From Macrostomum lignano (lineage: Eukaryota): a stretch of 64,000 nucleotides of DNA. The stretch is taken from NCBI GenBank assembly GCA_002269645.1, contig NIVC01002200.1, forward strand, positions 1 through 64,000, written 5' to 3'. Both the position numbers and the translations under genes were made by a program. Each line of letters starts with the position of its first letter. Within the stretch, counting starts at the first letter, position 1. This document shows, one piece after another, positions 27,007-39,495 of the stretch. The notes beneath the pieces were generated by a model that worked only from the letters and a program-made list of their open reading frames with translations, searched no databases and was not told where the DNA came from.

Positions 27007-27540
27007 CCATAGTCAGGAAGGTGGCCTCTGAGGGGGAAAATTCCTGCACACACAAAGGGTCTCGGCGCACATTGGTGCACAAGCACGGCGCACACAAGGG
27101 GTCCTTGGTGTACTTGGCGTACAATCATGGTGCACACTGAGGTCTCTAGTGCATGCAGCGCATAATTGCAACACATAAGGTCCCCGACATACATGAAAAT
27201 TGTCATGCAAATTAACAATTTTATGTAAAATAAAGGAGATTTGTATAGTCTAGAAAGTCAGTGATAAACTTTTTGCTTTTTCAAAATTAACAGTAAATGA
27301 AATTAGTATAAATTATCGCTAAAAACATCAATTTTGCATTACTTTATTTGTAGGTATAATTTAAGTTTGTTTAAAATGAAAATATGCATAACATTTTAAA
27401 AAGGCTTTTTGTAGAAAACTCTACTTGTGAAGAGTAGCGCACAGACGGCGTACAAATGGTGCTTAGACAACGCATCGAGGGCGCACAAATTGTCCCAAAA
27501 AATTATTCCGGCGCACACTATGCCACCTTCCTAACTATGG
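27007..27540. mobile_element. 534-bp MITE with 19-bp TIRs and 8-bp TSD
   Basis: ccatagtcaggaaggtggc ... gccaccttcctaactatgg; flanking direct repeat agatcatg at 26999-27006 and 27541-27548. In Nrx-IV intron 1. Confidence 0.9.
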
Positions 27541-28360
27541 AGATCATGTAGTATACATCCAAAAATTTGGGCATGCATTGGCCTTGCATACCACAAGTAA
27601 ATGTGCATAATTGGTGTGCATCACTTAAGAAAATAATGTGCATATATACTTAGAGTGCATTTTATAGAATCACATTGAAAAGTTAATGTAGTTGAAAAAA
27701 AAGATAAAGTTTTATTCCAATAGTAAATTTCAAGCTTTCTGTTTTGGCCTACAACACTCTTTTCTAGGAGAATAAATGAATAAAAGTGGCCCAACACTAG
27801 AAAAAATAAACAAACTTTACATGCTTATATTTTCAATCCTGATTGACTTACTTGTACAGAATTTAGACTTTATATTCCAACACAAAATAAGTCAATAGAA
27901 AGTTGTATCAAATTTAAAATCAATTGCTTCTTGTGGAACAAATTTATATAAGCCAAAAGTTAGTCAATTTTAAAAACCCTCTTTTTCATCTCAGCAGCTA
28001 TGATTTGAATTAAATAAGGTGCTTTATAAAACTCTATGATAAATGCTTATAGGAATTTTTCTTTTCTTTCAAAGGATTTGCATAAATAATTTTCATCCCT
28101 TTCTTATTAGCCACCCTAAAGAAGGGCACAAAATTGCTAATAAAATCCTAATTATTAGCAAAAAATTTTCCTCAATAACCTTATGTATTATATTAGTAGT
28201 TAAAGCCACTTTTGATATTTAGCTAGATTCTTAATGTCATCCTGCTCTAAAAATCAGTGATAAAAATTGTTCCCTATGTAAAGGGCACAGTACTGTATTT
28301 TTATGTCAAGAGTCTATTGTATTTTAATATCTGGATTAAAAAACTGTTTACTCATTATAG

Positions 28361-28498
28361 AACGATGCGAGTTGTTTCCACTCATTCCACTGGGAATGAC
28401 TGACAGATACAATGGCATACCAGATTCTAACATCATCGCGTCCTCCAGGCTTAATGAACAATCAAAGGCTTATTATGGACGATTGCACTTTTCTGATG
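28361..28498 (+). CDS. Nrx-IV: Neurexin IV/CASPR, exon 2 (start of discoidin/F5-8C domain)
   Basis: attatag|AA CGA TGC... RCELFPLIPLGM...IIASSRL...YGRLHFSD G|gtaaaa. Confidence 0.9.
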
Positions 28499-28591
28499 GT
28501 AAAATTGATGCATTGAAATCATTTTTTCGAGTTTTAATGGCCTTCCCTATAAAATATGAATTCTGTTACCCCTGAATTTTCTTTTTGTCAG

Positions 28592-30402
28592 GCTTTCTGT
28601 TCTTTCGCAATCGCGAAGGCGCTGGATCGTGGATAGCTGGCGATCAAAACACCGACCAGTGGCTGCAGGTTGATCTCGGCGAGCGCAAAGTCGTTACTGG
28701 CGTGGCCACTCAGGGTAGAAAGGGCGGTCGCGAATGGGTCACAGAGTACTTTGTGCAGTATGCAGACGACAATGATGGAAAGAACTGGCTGTACTATCGA
28801 GACGAATATGGCTCTCCGTATCTATTCACTGGCAACATCGACGACCAGGGCGTAGCTGAAAACACCTTCCTTTATCCCATTATAGCCAGATACGTTCGCG
28901 TCTTACCGCAACGATGGCACAATCTTATTTCTCTTCGAATGGAACTATACGGCTGCTCTCTTGAGAGTTACATCGCCTCGTACGCTGGTCAGGGTCGCAT
29001 AGAATTAGACATGAACGAAGGCATTCAAACAGTCAACGATCGCATCCAGTTTCGTTTCCGCACCCAGGAGACTAATGGGCTAATCCTATACGCCGCATCG
29101 CATCAGACTGATCACCTGGTTATTGAACTGTATCAGGCAAAGTTGCGTATTAGCATCAATCTTGGTCGGACGCCGAGCCTGTCTGGTTTAAATGAAATTT
29201 TTGCCGGCTCAATGCTCGACGACGGCCTTTGGCACGATGTTCTTATTGTACGCGAACAGCGAATGTTAAACGTTAGCGTTGATCGCGTGAAAGTTTGGCT
29301 CGAGCTGCAGACAGAATATGTGCATCTTAATTTGAATGGCAAGCTCTATCTAGGCGGTATCGATGTTTTTACTAACAAACAGGGCATTCTTGTTCGAAAC
29401 AACTTTACAGGCTGTATTGAGAATGTGTGGATCAACGGTCTTAATCTTATCAGGGATGCTAGAACTACGCCGGACAGTTCTAACGCTATTTCCGGTTTCA
29501 GCATTCTCGGAGCCGTTGGCAGCGCTTGCTCCATGACTAGCGCATCGTCTGGCATCATTACATTGGCCTCGCCTGACGCTTTTGTGAAAGCTGTCCGCGA
29601 TCCAGGCAAGAATTTGCAGGCCTCGATGTCGTTCAGAACTTTCCAAAAAGACACTGTTTTGATTTATCACCCGCTGCAGACGCTCAACGGCGTCACGGAC
29701 AAGTTTGTGGCGGTTGATCTTATCGAGACGGGTCAAATACAGCTGGTAGTGCAACTAAAAGACACCGTAGTAAAAGATGTTAACGTTGTTTATTCGAATC
29801 GTGACCCGCTAGCCGGTAAAGATCAATTTGCCGACGGCTTGTGGCACACTATTGACGTTCAGTTGTCAACTAATTCAATTCGAGTCATTATTGACGGCGC
29901 GTTGTACACAACTGTGCAGAAACTGGACCTTAACTACAATACTCTGACTTATATTGGCTGGTCCCCTGACAGGCTCAGCTTGGTTAATAAAAACTGGAAA
30001 GGCTTTCGTGGTTGTATTAAACAGGTGGCGGTGCAGAGCAAAATTATTGATTTCCAAGTGCTGGAAAAGACTGACATGCAGGGCACAATTTTCAATCGTA
30101 CGTGCGCTATGCGGGACAACTGTATGCCCAACCCGTGCAAGCGTGGCGCCAATTGCAGCCAAAACTGGGACGAATTCTTCTGCGATTGTCCGGAAGGCTA
30201 CAGAGATAGCGCCGTCTGTCACGAATCAACATTCTTCACCTCTTGCTCCGAGATGCAACTGTTATATCCAACAATTAGCGAGAAAAACATCACTATAGAC
30301 ATTGATGGCTCGCAGATATTGGATCCAATCAAAGTTAGCTGCGTTTTCCGCGACAATGTCGTTCGCACTATTGTTAACCACACTGCCAAGGCTGACACTC
30401 TG
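28592..30402 (+). CDS. Nrx-IV: Neurexin IV/CASPR, exon 3 (discoidin, LamG1, LamG2, EGF1, start of fibrinogen-like)
   Basis: QWLQVDLG..VTGVATQG (F5/8C), LDDGLWHDV and FADGLWHTI (LamG), CMPNPCKRGANCSQNWDEFFCDC (EGF); donor CTG|gtgcgt. Alternative acceptor would start the exon at 28619. Confidence 0.96.
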
Positions 30403-30529
30403 GTGCGTACAAATTCAAACGTTGATCTATGTATCTTAAACGTATGACTATATAAGTTTTTTGCTCTGATAGCGGCTCTTGAAGGTCAACTATAAAGACC
30501 TATTTTGATGCTGTACCGTAGGGGGTCCG

Positions 30530-30770
30530 TAGCCTACGTAGCCTAGTGGTTTAGCGCCTCCTTTTGTGCCAGCGGCCCAGGCTCGATTCCAAATGCAGTC
30601 ATATTAATTTGAGGCTAAATTGGTATCTCGGCTTGGGTCTGCCCGTGCAATTAACGCTCCTAAAGGCCAACCCCCAAGGCACAGTAAAGTGCACATGCCT
30701 AACGATAAAAAGTGAGTGCCGCTACGCACTCCTGTGCGACTGTGTACGGGGAAATGAAGACGACAACTCC
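30530..30770 (+). mobile_element. tRNA-derived SINE in Nrx-IV intron 3
   Basis: A box tagcctagtgg (30539) and B box ggctcgattcc (about 30580) followed by non-tRNA body; 3' end approximate. Confidence 0.6.
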
Positions 30771-30836
30771 TGTCTTTGCAAAATGTTAGACTCATCAAAA
30801 GTAAAATAATATTACACGCGTTGCTATCAAATTTAG

Positions 30837-31664
30837 GTCGATGGATTTCAACTACCCGGAAGCTTCATTTACAACGTCGACTATAAGACGTCCACCACAG
30901 CGCTAGCCGAGCTGGTCCGGCGCAGCGTCTCCTGCCGCCAGATGATCAATTATCGATGCCGGAACGCCCGCCTGCTCAGCCGGCCAACTCTGGGCCAGAC
31001 CTCTCTGTTCAATCGGGCCTGGTCCTGGTGGGTGTCCAGACGGGGCCAGCCTCGCTACTATTGGGGCGGCTCCGCGCCGGGTATTCAGCGATGCGCCTGC
31101 GGCGTCACCGGCACCTGTCAGCGCGGCGCCGAGTGCAACTGCGACAGTTTCAACGAGGTGGCCGACGCGTCTGATTATCAGCAGGACACCGGCTACTTTA
31201 CCTACAAGGAGGACCTGCCGGTTACTCAGCTGAGATTTGGCGACACGGGCAGCACTGCCGACTTGAAAGAGGGCCAGTTCACTCTGGGGCCTCTGGAGTG
31301 CACCGGAGATACGCTGTTTGACAATGCTGTCACTTATAGAAAAACTGACGCCACCATTGAACTGGAGCGGGTCTATTCCGAGACTGAGCTTGATATCCGA
31401 TTCTTGTTCAAGACTACTCAGACTGACGCGGTGTTCTTTCAGATCACCGGCAATAAGACTCAGCACTTTTTAGAGGCCAGGTTGAAACGCGGCAGAGAGA
31501 TTCAATTTTCATTTAATGCTGGCTTTGGCGTTCTGTCAATCAGCTCAGTGGCCTTCAGTAACAGTCCCGGCGAGAGTCAGGTCACTGTGATTTATAATGA
31601 CAACGAATGGCATATTGTACAGTTTGAGCGAAATAGGAAAGAGTTCACTCTGCGAGTTGACCAG
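30837..31664 (+). CDS. Nrx-IV: Neurexin IV/CASPR, exon 4 (fibrinogen-like, LamG3)
   Basis: tttag|VDGFQLPGSF...SVSCRQMINYRC...YYWGGS...CACG...CNCD...LPVTQLRFGDTG...YNDNEWHIVQFERN...VDQ|gtaagt. Confidence 0.96.
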
Positions 31665-31769
31665 GTAAGTATTAGTGGGATACATGGGAAATCCTTAAAA
31701 TCTTTGCAAATCCCACGTGTAACAGTTTTCCCAAATACCGCCGATAAAAATCTCGAAAACAGACAGGAA

Positions 31770-32235
31770 TTCCCAAATCCTGTCTGTAAGAATCTTCCCA
31801 AATACTCACCTTTAAGAATCTCCCCAAATGCCACCTGCAAGAATCTTCCCAAATCCAACCTGTAAGAATCTTCCCAAATCCAACCTGTAAGAATATTCCC
31901 AAATCCAACCTGTAAGAATATTTCGAAATCCCATTTGTAAGAATCTTCCCAAATCCAACCTATAAGAATTCCCAAATCCTGTCTGTAAGAATCTTCCCAA
32001 ACACCCACCTTTGAGAGTCTCCCCAAATCCAACCTTTAAAAATCTTCCCAAATCCCATTTGTAAGAATCTGTTCAAATCCCACCTGTAAGAATCTGTCCA
32101 AATCCAACCTGTAAGAATCTTCCCAAATCCAACCTGTAAGAATCTTCCCAAATCCAACCTGTAAGAATCTTCCCAAATCCAACCTGTAAGAATCTTCCCA
32201 AATCCAACCCGTAAGAATATTCCCAAATCCCAAAT
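31770..32235. repeat. 25-bp minisatellite (aagaatcttcccaaatccaacctgt)
   Basis: Tandem repeat filling Nrx-IV intron 4 up to the acceptor. Confidence 0.95.
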
Positions 32236-32247
32236 CCCATCCCGCAG

Positions 32248-32916
32248 GACGAGATCCGCCGCGATCGCGAGCCAGCCGATCAGGCCTTCCAATTCCTGCA
32301 GTTTGACGGTAAGTTGTACGTTGGCGCAACGCAGAACTACAACGAAGGCTACCTAGGCTGCCTGTCCAACCTGATGATCAACGGAGTAGTGCAGGACCTG
32401 CGCGGCAAGGTTGAACGCAAGGAGGTCACCTACGGCTTGTTGGCGGGCTGCCAGCCTCGCTGCGAAGAGAATCCCTGCCTAAACCGGGCCGAATGCATGG
32501 AATATTATTCGCATTATTATTGCGAGTGCGGCATGACGCCTTACAGAGGCTACATCTGCGGCCGCACAGTCGGTGCTACGTTCAAATCCAGCGCCGATAT
32601 TATCAAGATAGACATATCCCAGCCTGAACGCGCTAAAGGCATCAATACTATTGACGAGTACATTCAGGTTGGCTTCAAGACCAGAGCTAAAGTTGGCATA
32701 CTGATGCAGATCCGCAACGAGGACATTCCGGCCAATAATAGGCTGGGCGGCCCGTCCGAGTCGTTAATTGTTCGAATTAACAATGCCGGCGGTATCACTG
32801 TTGAAATCAACCTTGGCTTCCAGTGGTACGAAGTTACTACTAGCAGTTTGGACGTGGACTTGACTAACGATCAGCATCACACTGTGGTTGTGTACAGGAC
32901 CAAGGCTGGGCGGCAG
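32248..32916 (+). CDS. Nrx-IV: Neurexin IV/CASPR, exon 5 (end LamG3, EGF2, LamG4)
   Basis: cccgcag|DEIRRD...LYVGAT...GYLGCLSNLMING...CEENPCLNRAECMEYYSHYYCEC...GRQ|gtttgt. Confidence 0.95.
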
Positions 32917-32974
32917 GTTTGTTTGCTTGCCGCTTTTAGTTTATTTCATTGTGTACTGCAGGATTTGGATTTAT

Positions 32975-33420
<446 letters not shown>

Positions 33421-33454
33421 ACATAGATGAAACCGCCTCTGGCGCCACGCGCAG

Positions 33455-33747
33455 GTGAACATCAAAGTGGACGACTATCCGGTGCAGTTCAGGGACTTCT
33501 CCAACATATTGAGTGCCACGTCGGACACCCGGCTGGACAATCCGGCCGTGATCTACATCGGGCGCAACTCCAGCATGCCTGTTGGATTCGAGGGCTGCAT
33601 CTACAACGTGCAGTTTAATAATTTCTTCCCATTGAAAGCCGCCTTCCAGGAGCCCAACAATAGCCGGGTATTTAAGTCGTCGGGCATTACGGAGAACTAC
33701 TGCGGTATCGAAGAGGTCCTGCCGATTGACGACCCGGCCGAGATTCG
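33455..33747 (+). CDS. Nrx-IV: Neurexin IV/CASPR, exon 6 (end LamG4)
   Basis: cgcgcag|VNIKVDD...IYIGRN...GFEGCIYNVQFNNFFPLK...ENYCGIE...EI CG|gtgagt. Confidence 0.95.
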
Positions 33748-34039
33748 GTGAGTTTTTTCGTAACCTGGTATCATGATAGTTTCTGATCTCTGTTCTTGAT
33801 CTAGGTTTGCGTCTAAAAGTATTCCAATAAGTCTTCCCATATGTATTCCCATAGGTCTCCAAAGTTGAAAAGTTATTTGATACTTCGAAGTATTTATTCT
33901 TATAATTTTTCTCTTTGATTGACTTCTGTTCTCCATCCCCATAGTGAGATCTGTTATTCTCATAATCATCTCTGTTCCCATAGTGAGATCTCTATTCTTA
34001 AAGTCAGATCTCTACAGTCAGAGAGTGAGATCTTTACCC

Positions 34040-36105
34040 TCGCATAGTGAGATCTTTACCCTCACAGAGTGAGGTCTCTCTACCCTCACAGTCAGATCTC
34101 TCCCTTACAGAGTCAGATCTCTACCCCCACAGTCAGATCTCTCCCTTACAGTCAGATCTCTACTATCACAGTCAGATCTCTACTATCACAGTCAGATCTC
34201 TACTATCACAGTCGGATCTCTACTATCACAGTCAGATCTCTACTATTACAGTCGGATCTCTACTATCACAGTCGGATCTCCTCTACTATCACAGTCGGAT
34301 CTCTACCCTCACAGTCAGATCTCTACTATCACAGTCAGATCTCTACTATCACAGTCAGATCTCTACTATCACAGTCGGATCTCTACTATCACAGTCAGAT
34401 CTCTACTATTACAGTCGGATCTCTACTATCACAGTCGGATCTCCTCTACTATCACAGTCGGATCTCTACCCTCACAGTCAGATCTCTACTATCACAGTCA
34501 GATCTCTACTATCACAGTCGGATCTCTACTATCACAGTCAGATCTCTACTATCACAGTCAGATCTCTACTATCACAGTCGGATCTCTACTATCACAGTCA
34601 GATCTCTACTATCACAGTCAGATCTCTACTATCACAGTTAGATCTCTACTATCACAGTCAGATCTCTACTATCACAGTCGGATCTCTACTATCACAGTCG
34701 GATCTCTACTATCACAGTCAGATCTCTACTATCACAGTCAGATCTCTACTATCACAGTCGGATCTCTGCCCTCACAGTCAGATCTCTACTATCACAGTCA
34801 GATCTCTACTATCACAGTCAGATCTCTACTATCACAGTCGGATCTCTACTATCACAGTCAGATCTCTACTATCACAGTCAGATCTCTACTATCACAGTCG
34901 GATCTCTACTATCACAGTCAGATCTCTACTATCACAGTCAGATCTCTACTATCACAGTCAGATCTCTACTATCACAGTCGGATCTCTACTATCACAGTCA
35001 GATCTCTACCCTCACAGTCAGATCACCTCTACTATCACAGTCAGATCTCTACTATCACAGTCGGATCTCTACTATCACAGTCAGATCTCTACTATCACAG
35101 TCAGATCTCTACTATCACAGTCGGATCTCTACTATCACAGTCAGATCTCTACCCTCACAGTCAGATCACCTCTACTATCACAGTCAGATCTCTACTATCA
35201 CAGTCGGATCTCTACTATCACAGTCAGATCTCTACTATCACAGTCAGATCTCTACTATCACAGTCAGATCTCTACTATCACAGTCGGATCTCTACTATCA
35301 CAGTCAGATCTCTACTATCACAGTCAGATCTCTACTATCACAGTCAGATCTCTACTATCACAGTCGGATCTCTGCCCTCACAGTCAGATCTCTACTATCA
35401 CAGTCAGATCTCTACTATCACAGTCAGATCTCTACTATCACAGTCGGATCTCTACTATCACAGTCAGATCTCTACTATCACAGTCAGATCTCTACTATCA
35501 CAGTCGGATCTCTACTATCACAGTTAGATCTCTACTATCACAGTCAGATCTCTACTATCACAGTCGGATCTCTACTATCACAGTCGGATCTCTACTATCA
35601 CAGTCAGATCTCTACTATCACAGTCGGATCTCTGCCCTCACAGTTAGATCTCTACTATCACAGTCAGATCTCTACTATCACAGTCAGATCTCTACTATCA
35701 CAGTCGGATCTCTACTATCACAGTCAGATCTCTACTATCACAGTCAGATCTCTACTATCACAGTCGGATCTCTACTATCACAGTCAGATCTCTACTATCA
35801 CAGTCAGATCTCTACTATCACAGTCAGATCTCTACTATCACAGTCGGATCTCTACTATCACAGTCAGATCTCTACCCTCACAGTCAGATCACCTCTACTA
35901 TCACAGTCAGATCTCTACTATCACAGTTGGATCTCTACTATCACAGTCAGATCTCTACTATCACAGTCAGATCTCTACTATCACAGTCGGATCTCTACTA
36001 TCACAGTCAGATCTCTACCCTCACAGTCAGATCACCTCTACTATCACAGTCAGATCTCTACTATCACAGTCGGATCTCTACTATCACAGTCAGATTTCTA
36101 CCCTC
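34040..36105. repeat. 2-kb 20-bp minisatellite (gatctctactatcacagtca/g)
   Basis: About 100 units filling Nrx-IV intron 6. Confidence 0.98.
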
Positions 36106-36136
36106 ATAGCCTGCACTCTTAACCGACTGTCCGCAG

Positions 36137-36410
36137 GCCGTATCCGACTATTCCGCCGAATTTGGAATTCGCCCGACCCGAGGAAATCGAGCGGCAGAAC
36201 CAGATAATAATAATCCTAGCCGTGGTTGGCGCCCTGGCTCTCCTATTGCTGATTGGAGTGATCTGCTTCTTCCGCAACTACACATTCGAGCGCGGCGACT
36301 ACTGGACTAACGAGGCTAAAGCCGCCGACCTCACCGACGATCCCGACGTGGCGTTGCAGCACGCCGAGGGCGGCCTGCCGGCTGTCCGTGGTCAGGAATG
36401 GTGGCTGTAA
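36137..36410 (+). CDS. Nrx-IV: Neurexin IV/CASPR, exon 7 (TM, band-4.1-binding motif, PDZ-binding tail)
   Basis: ccgcag|G CCG TAT...; TM IIIILAVVGALALLLLIGVICFF; RGDYWTNEAK...DDPDVALQH resembles the fly Nrx-IV tail as recalled; ends EWWL*. Confidence 0.96.
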
Positions 36411-38261
36411 AATTTCCTTGTTGAGAACTAATCTTTCTGATTGACACCTGTTTCTTTTTTGTATACATAATTATATTCCATTTCGTTTCAACTCTTAGGG
36501 GTATTTTTTTTAACAGTCGGAACAGAATCATTAGAGGTTTTTTGTTGTAAGCTATTTATTAAGTAGTATGAAAGCTTCTAATGAAATGACTAGTTTAATA
36601 AGCTTCTAACTGAAAACACAAGCGACTGTTCAGGTAGTCATAGCGTAATTTACCTTACCTGTAATACTAGGCCGAACTTTACCCTTTTCTTTAAAAACTT
36701 CCACATTCCGACTCCACATTGCACTTTAATAGCCACTTTGATTTCTAATTTTTTAAATAATGTTCTACAGCTTATATTAATTTATTGGGTTAGCTTTTGT
36801 TAATAATTTTATTTCTTGGAATCTCCCATGCGTTTTTAAGGTAAAATCTCTTATTATTAGAATCTCTGTTTTGATCAAATCATTTTTTAAGATGCGTCTT
36901 GAATTATGATCAGTACAGTTGATTGAATCAGGACAGCGCATATTCCAATACATTGTGACGCTGTCAATTCAAAATTAATTGCATTCCCAATATTTCTATC
37001 ACAAGTTCAGTTTTAACACGTATTTAATTCGAGAAGAAAAATCCACATTCCATTCTCAAGTTGCCTTGCATGTACTTCTTGAATTTGTGTGGACTGCGTT
37101 TTTTACTGAATATTTTAAATCCACTTTTTAATTGCCGTCTCCTTTCTTACTATTTAGTACTGAAAAGCAACACTACTAGTAGCAGTATATTCGAAGCATA
37201 CAATCTGGCAGACATTATTTGCTCTCCTTGGCTAATATACACTCGGCAACATGTTATTAAAGTTTCCACCCCGAAACCAGTCAACTTTTCTCACTACGCC
37301 CACGATTCTCGTCTCAACTGCGTCACATGGCCTCAGCTGAGGCTGGTGAGGAGAGAGTAGATAGTTATGAACTGGTTTCCGGGGTGGAAACTCTAACATG
37401 TTGCTGCTGACTATGCTTAAGTTTCTTTTTTTCATTGCAGCGGCAACAACAACCGCTTCGAGTTGTATATATTTGAATGGCCCAGTTCATGTTGCACTGT
37501 ACTTCTGATTTAATCTCCGTATCGTCCAGCTTTCTACGTATAAACTGTGTTTACTATATTTACTCATAATAATAATTATAATCATCATCATCACAGCTGT
37601 GAGCACGTGGCGCGTGCGAGTCTGGGCACCGGCTATACGTACCGTAGCGACGTGCGTTGTTTTACCAGTTTTAAGTGAAAATTTTCCAGTTTTTTCCTGT
37701 GAATTTCACCTTAAAATTACATGGATAATATAGTCAGGGGCAGATGTTTAACTCAGAGAGTGTACATGCCAGAAAATTAGAAAGTTGGGGCCGCTGTACA
37801 GTCCGTATGAGAGATCGTCAAGAACACAGCAGGCTTCAAATGCTGATGATATGTTGATTTAAACTAAATAAGACTAAATTATTCGTTTCGTTTATTTAAA
37901 AGACACATGGAATACAGAAATATACTTGCGAAACAAGTGAATAATAGAAATACGTAAGTACTGTTTGATAATTTCATCATCAGACACTATATATTTATAG
38001 GAAATCACGATCATTTTCATTCATCTGTAATGTACTTGCTCTGTAATGTACTTATTGTATGTGTATAGAGCGGCGATTGGGTTTATTGCTAAATTTTAAA
38101 GTTCAGCTTGTCTGTCTATAGTTGTCTGTCTAATTAGTTAAGCAGCGCATCCGTCAGTTGAATTATCCGAAAGCTGTTGCCGCTTTCTGAAAGGTGAATT
38201 TTTGAGTTAATTTTAAACCACACGTGCTGGATAATTGGTAGTAGCTGCATCAGCCAGCGAC

Positions 38262-39352
38262 GAAGGTATCAGCTGAGCCAATAAAGGAGGGTATCAGTAT
38301 CAGCAGCCAATCAAGGAGGGTATCAGTATCAGCAGCCAATCAAGGAGGGTATCAGTATCAGCAGCCAATCAAGGAGGGTATCAGTATCAGCAGCCAATCA
38401 AGGAGGGTATCAGTATCAGCAGCCAATCAAGGAGGGTATCAGTATCAGCAGCCAATCAAGGAGGGTATCAGTATCAGCAGCCAATTAAGGAGGGTATCAG
38501 TATCAGCAGCCAATCAAGGAGGGTATCAGTATCAGCAGCCAATCAAGGAGGGTATCAGGAGCCAATCAAGGAGGGTATCAGTATCAGCAGCCAATCAAGG
38601 AGGGTATCAGGAGCCAATCAAGGAGGGTATCAGGAGCCAATCAAGGAGGGTATCAGGAGCCAATTAAGGAGGGTATCAGCAGCCAATCAAGGAGGGTATC
38701 AGTATCAGCAGCCAATCAAGGAGGGTATCAGTATCAGCAGCCAATCAAGGAGAGTATCAGTATCAGCAGCCAATCAAGGAGGGTATCAGTATCAGCAGCC
38801 AATCAAGGAGGGTATCAGTATCAGCAGCCAATCAAGGAGGGTATCAGTATCAGCAGCCAATCAAGGAGGGTATCAGCTGAGCCAATAAAGGAGGGTATCA
38901 GTATCAGCAGCCAATCAAGGAGGGTATCAGTATCAGCAGCCAATCAAGGAGGGTATCAGGAGCCAATCAAGGAGGGTATCAGGAGCCAATCAAGGAGGGT
39001 ATCAGGAGCCAATCAAGGAGGGTATCAGGAGCCAATTAAGGAGGGTATCAGCAGCCAATCAAGGAGGGTATCAGTATCAGCAGCCAATCAAGGAGGGTAT
39101 CAGTATCAGCAGCCAATCAAGGAGAGTATCAGTATCAGCAGCCAATCAAGGAGGGTATCAGTATCAGCAGCCAATCAAGGAGGGTATCAGTATCAGCAGC
39201 CAATCAAGGAGGGTATCAGGAGCCAATCAAGGAGGGTATCAGTATCAGCAGCCAATCAAGGAGGGTATCAGTATCAGCAGCCAATCAAGGAGGGTATCAG
39301 TATCAGCAGCCAATCAAGGAGGGTATCAGGAGCCAATCAAGGAGGGTATCAA
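38262..39352. repeat. 29/23-bp minisatellite (cagccaatcaaggagggtatcagtatcag)
   Basis: Tandem repeat between the convergent 3' ends of Nrx-IV and MTMR9. Confidence 0.97.
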
Positions 39353-39495
39353 GAGCCGATCTAAAGGAAAGTGTAGCAGCAACCCCACCGGAGAAGCGAC
39401 AGGAAGGACTCTCAAGCTCTAAACACAATAAGCCTCAATTGAAAATTACACTACTTATGCTAGTAGACAGACGCGCATATTAAATTAAAAAGCGC

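Noticed and set aside
29133-31466. Antisense and alternate-frame ORFs over Nrx-IV (likewise over MTMR9, PURA and the duplicated gene)
   Set aside because: Shadows of GC-rich coding exons with no independent motifs.
34047-36122. 691-aa Ser/Tyr-rich ORF
   Set aside because: 20-bp minisatellite inside Nrx-IV intron 6.
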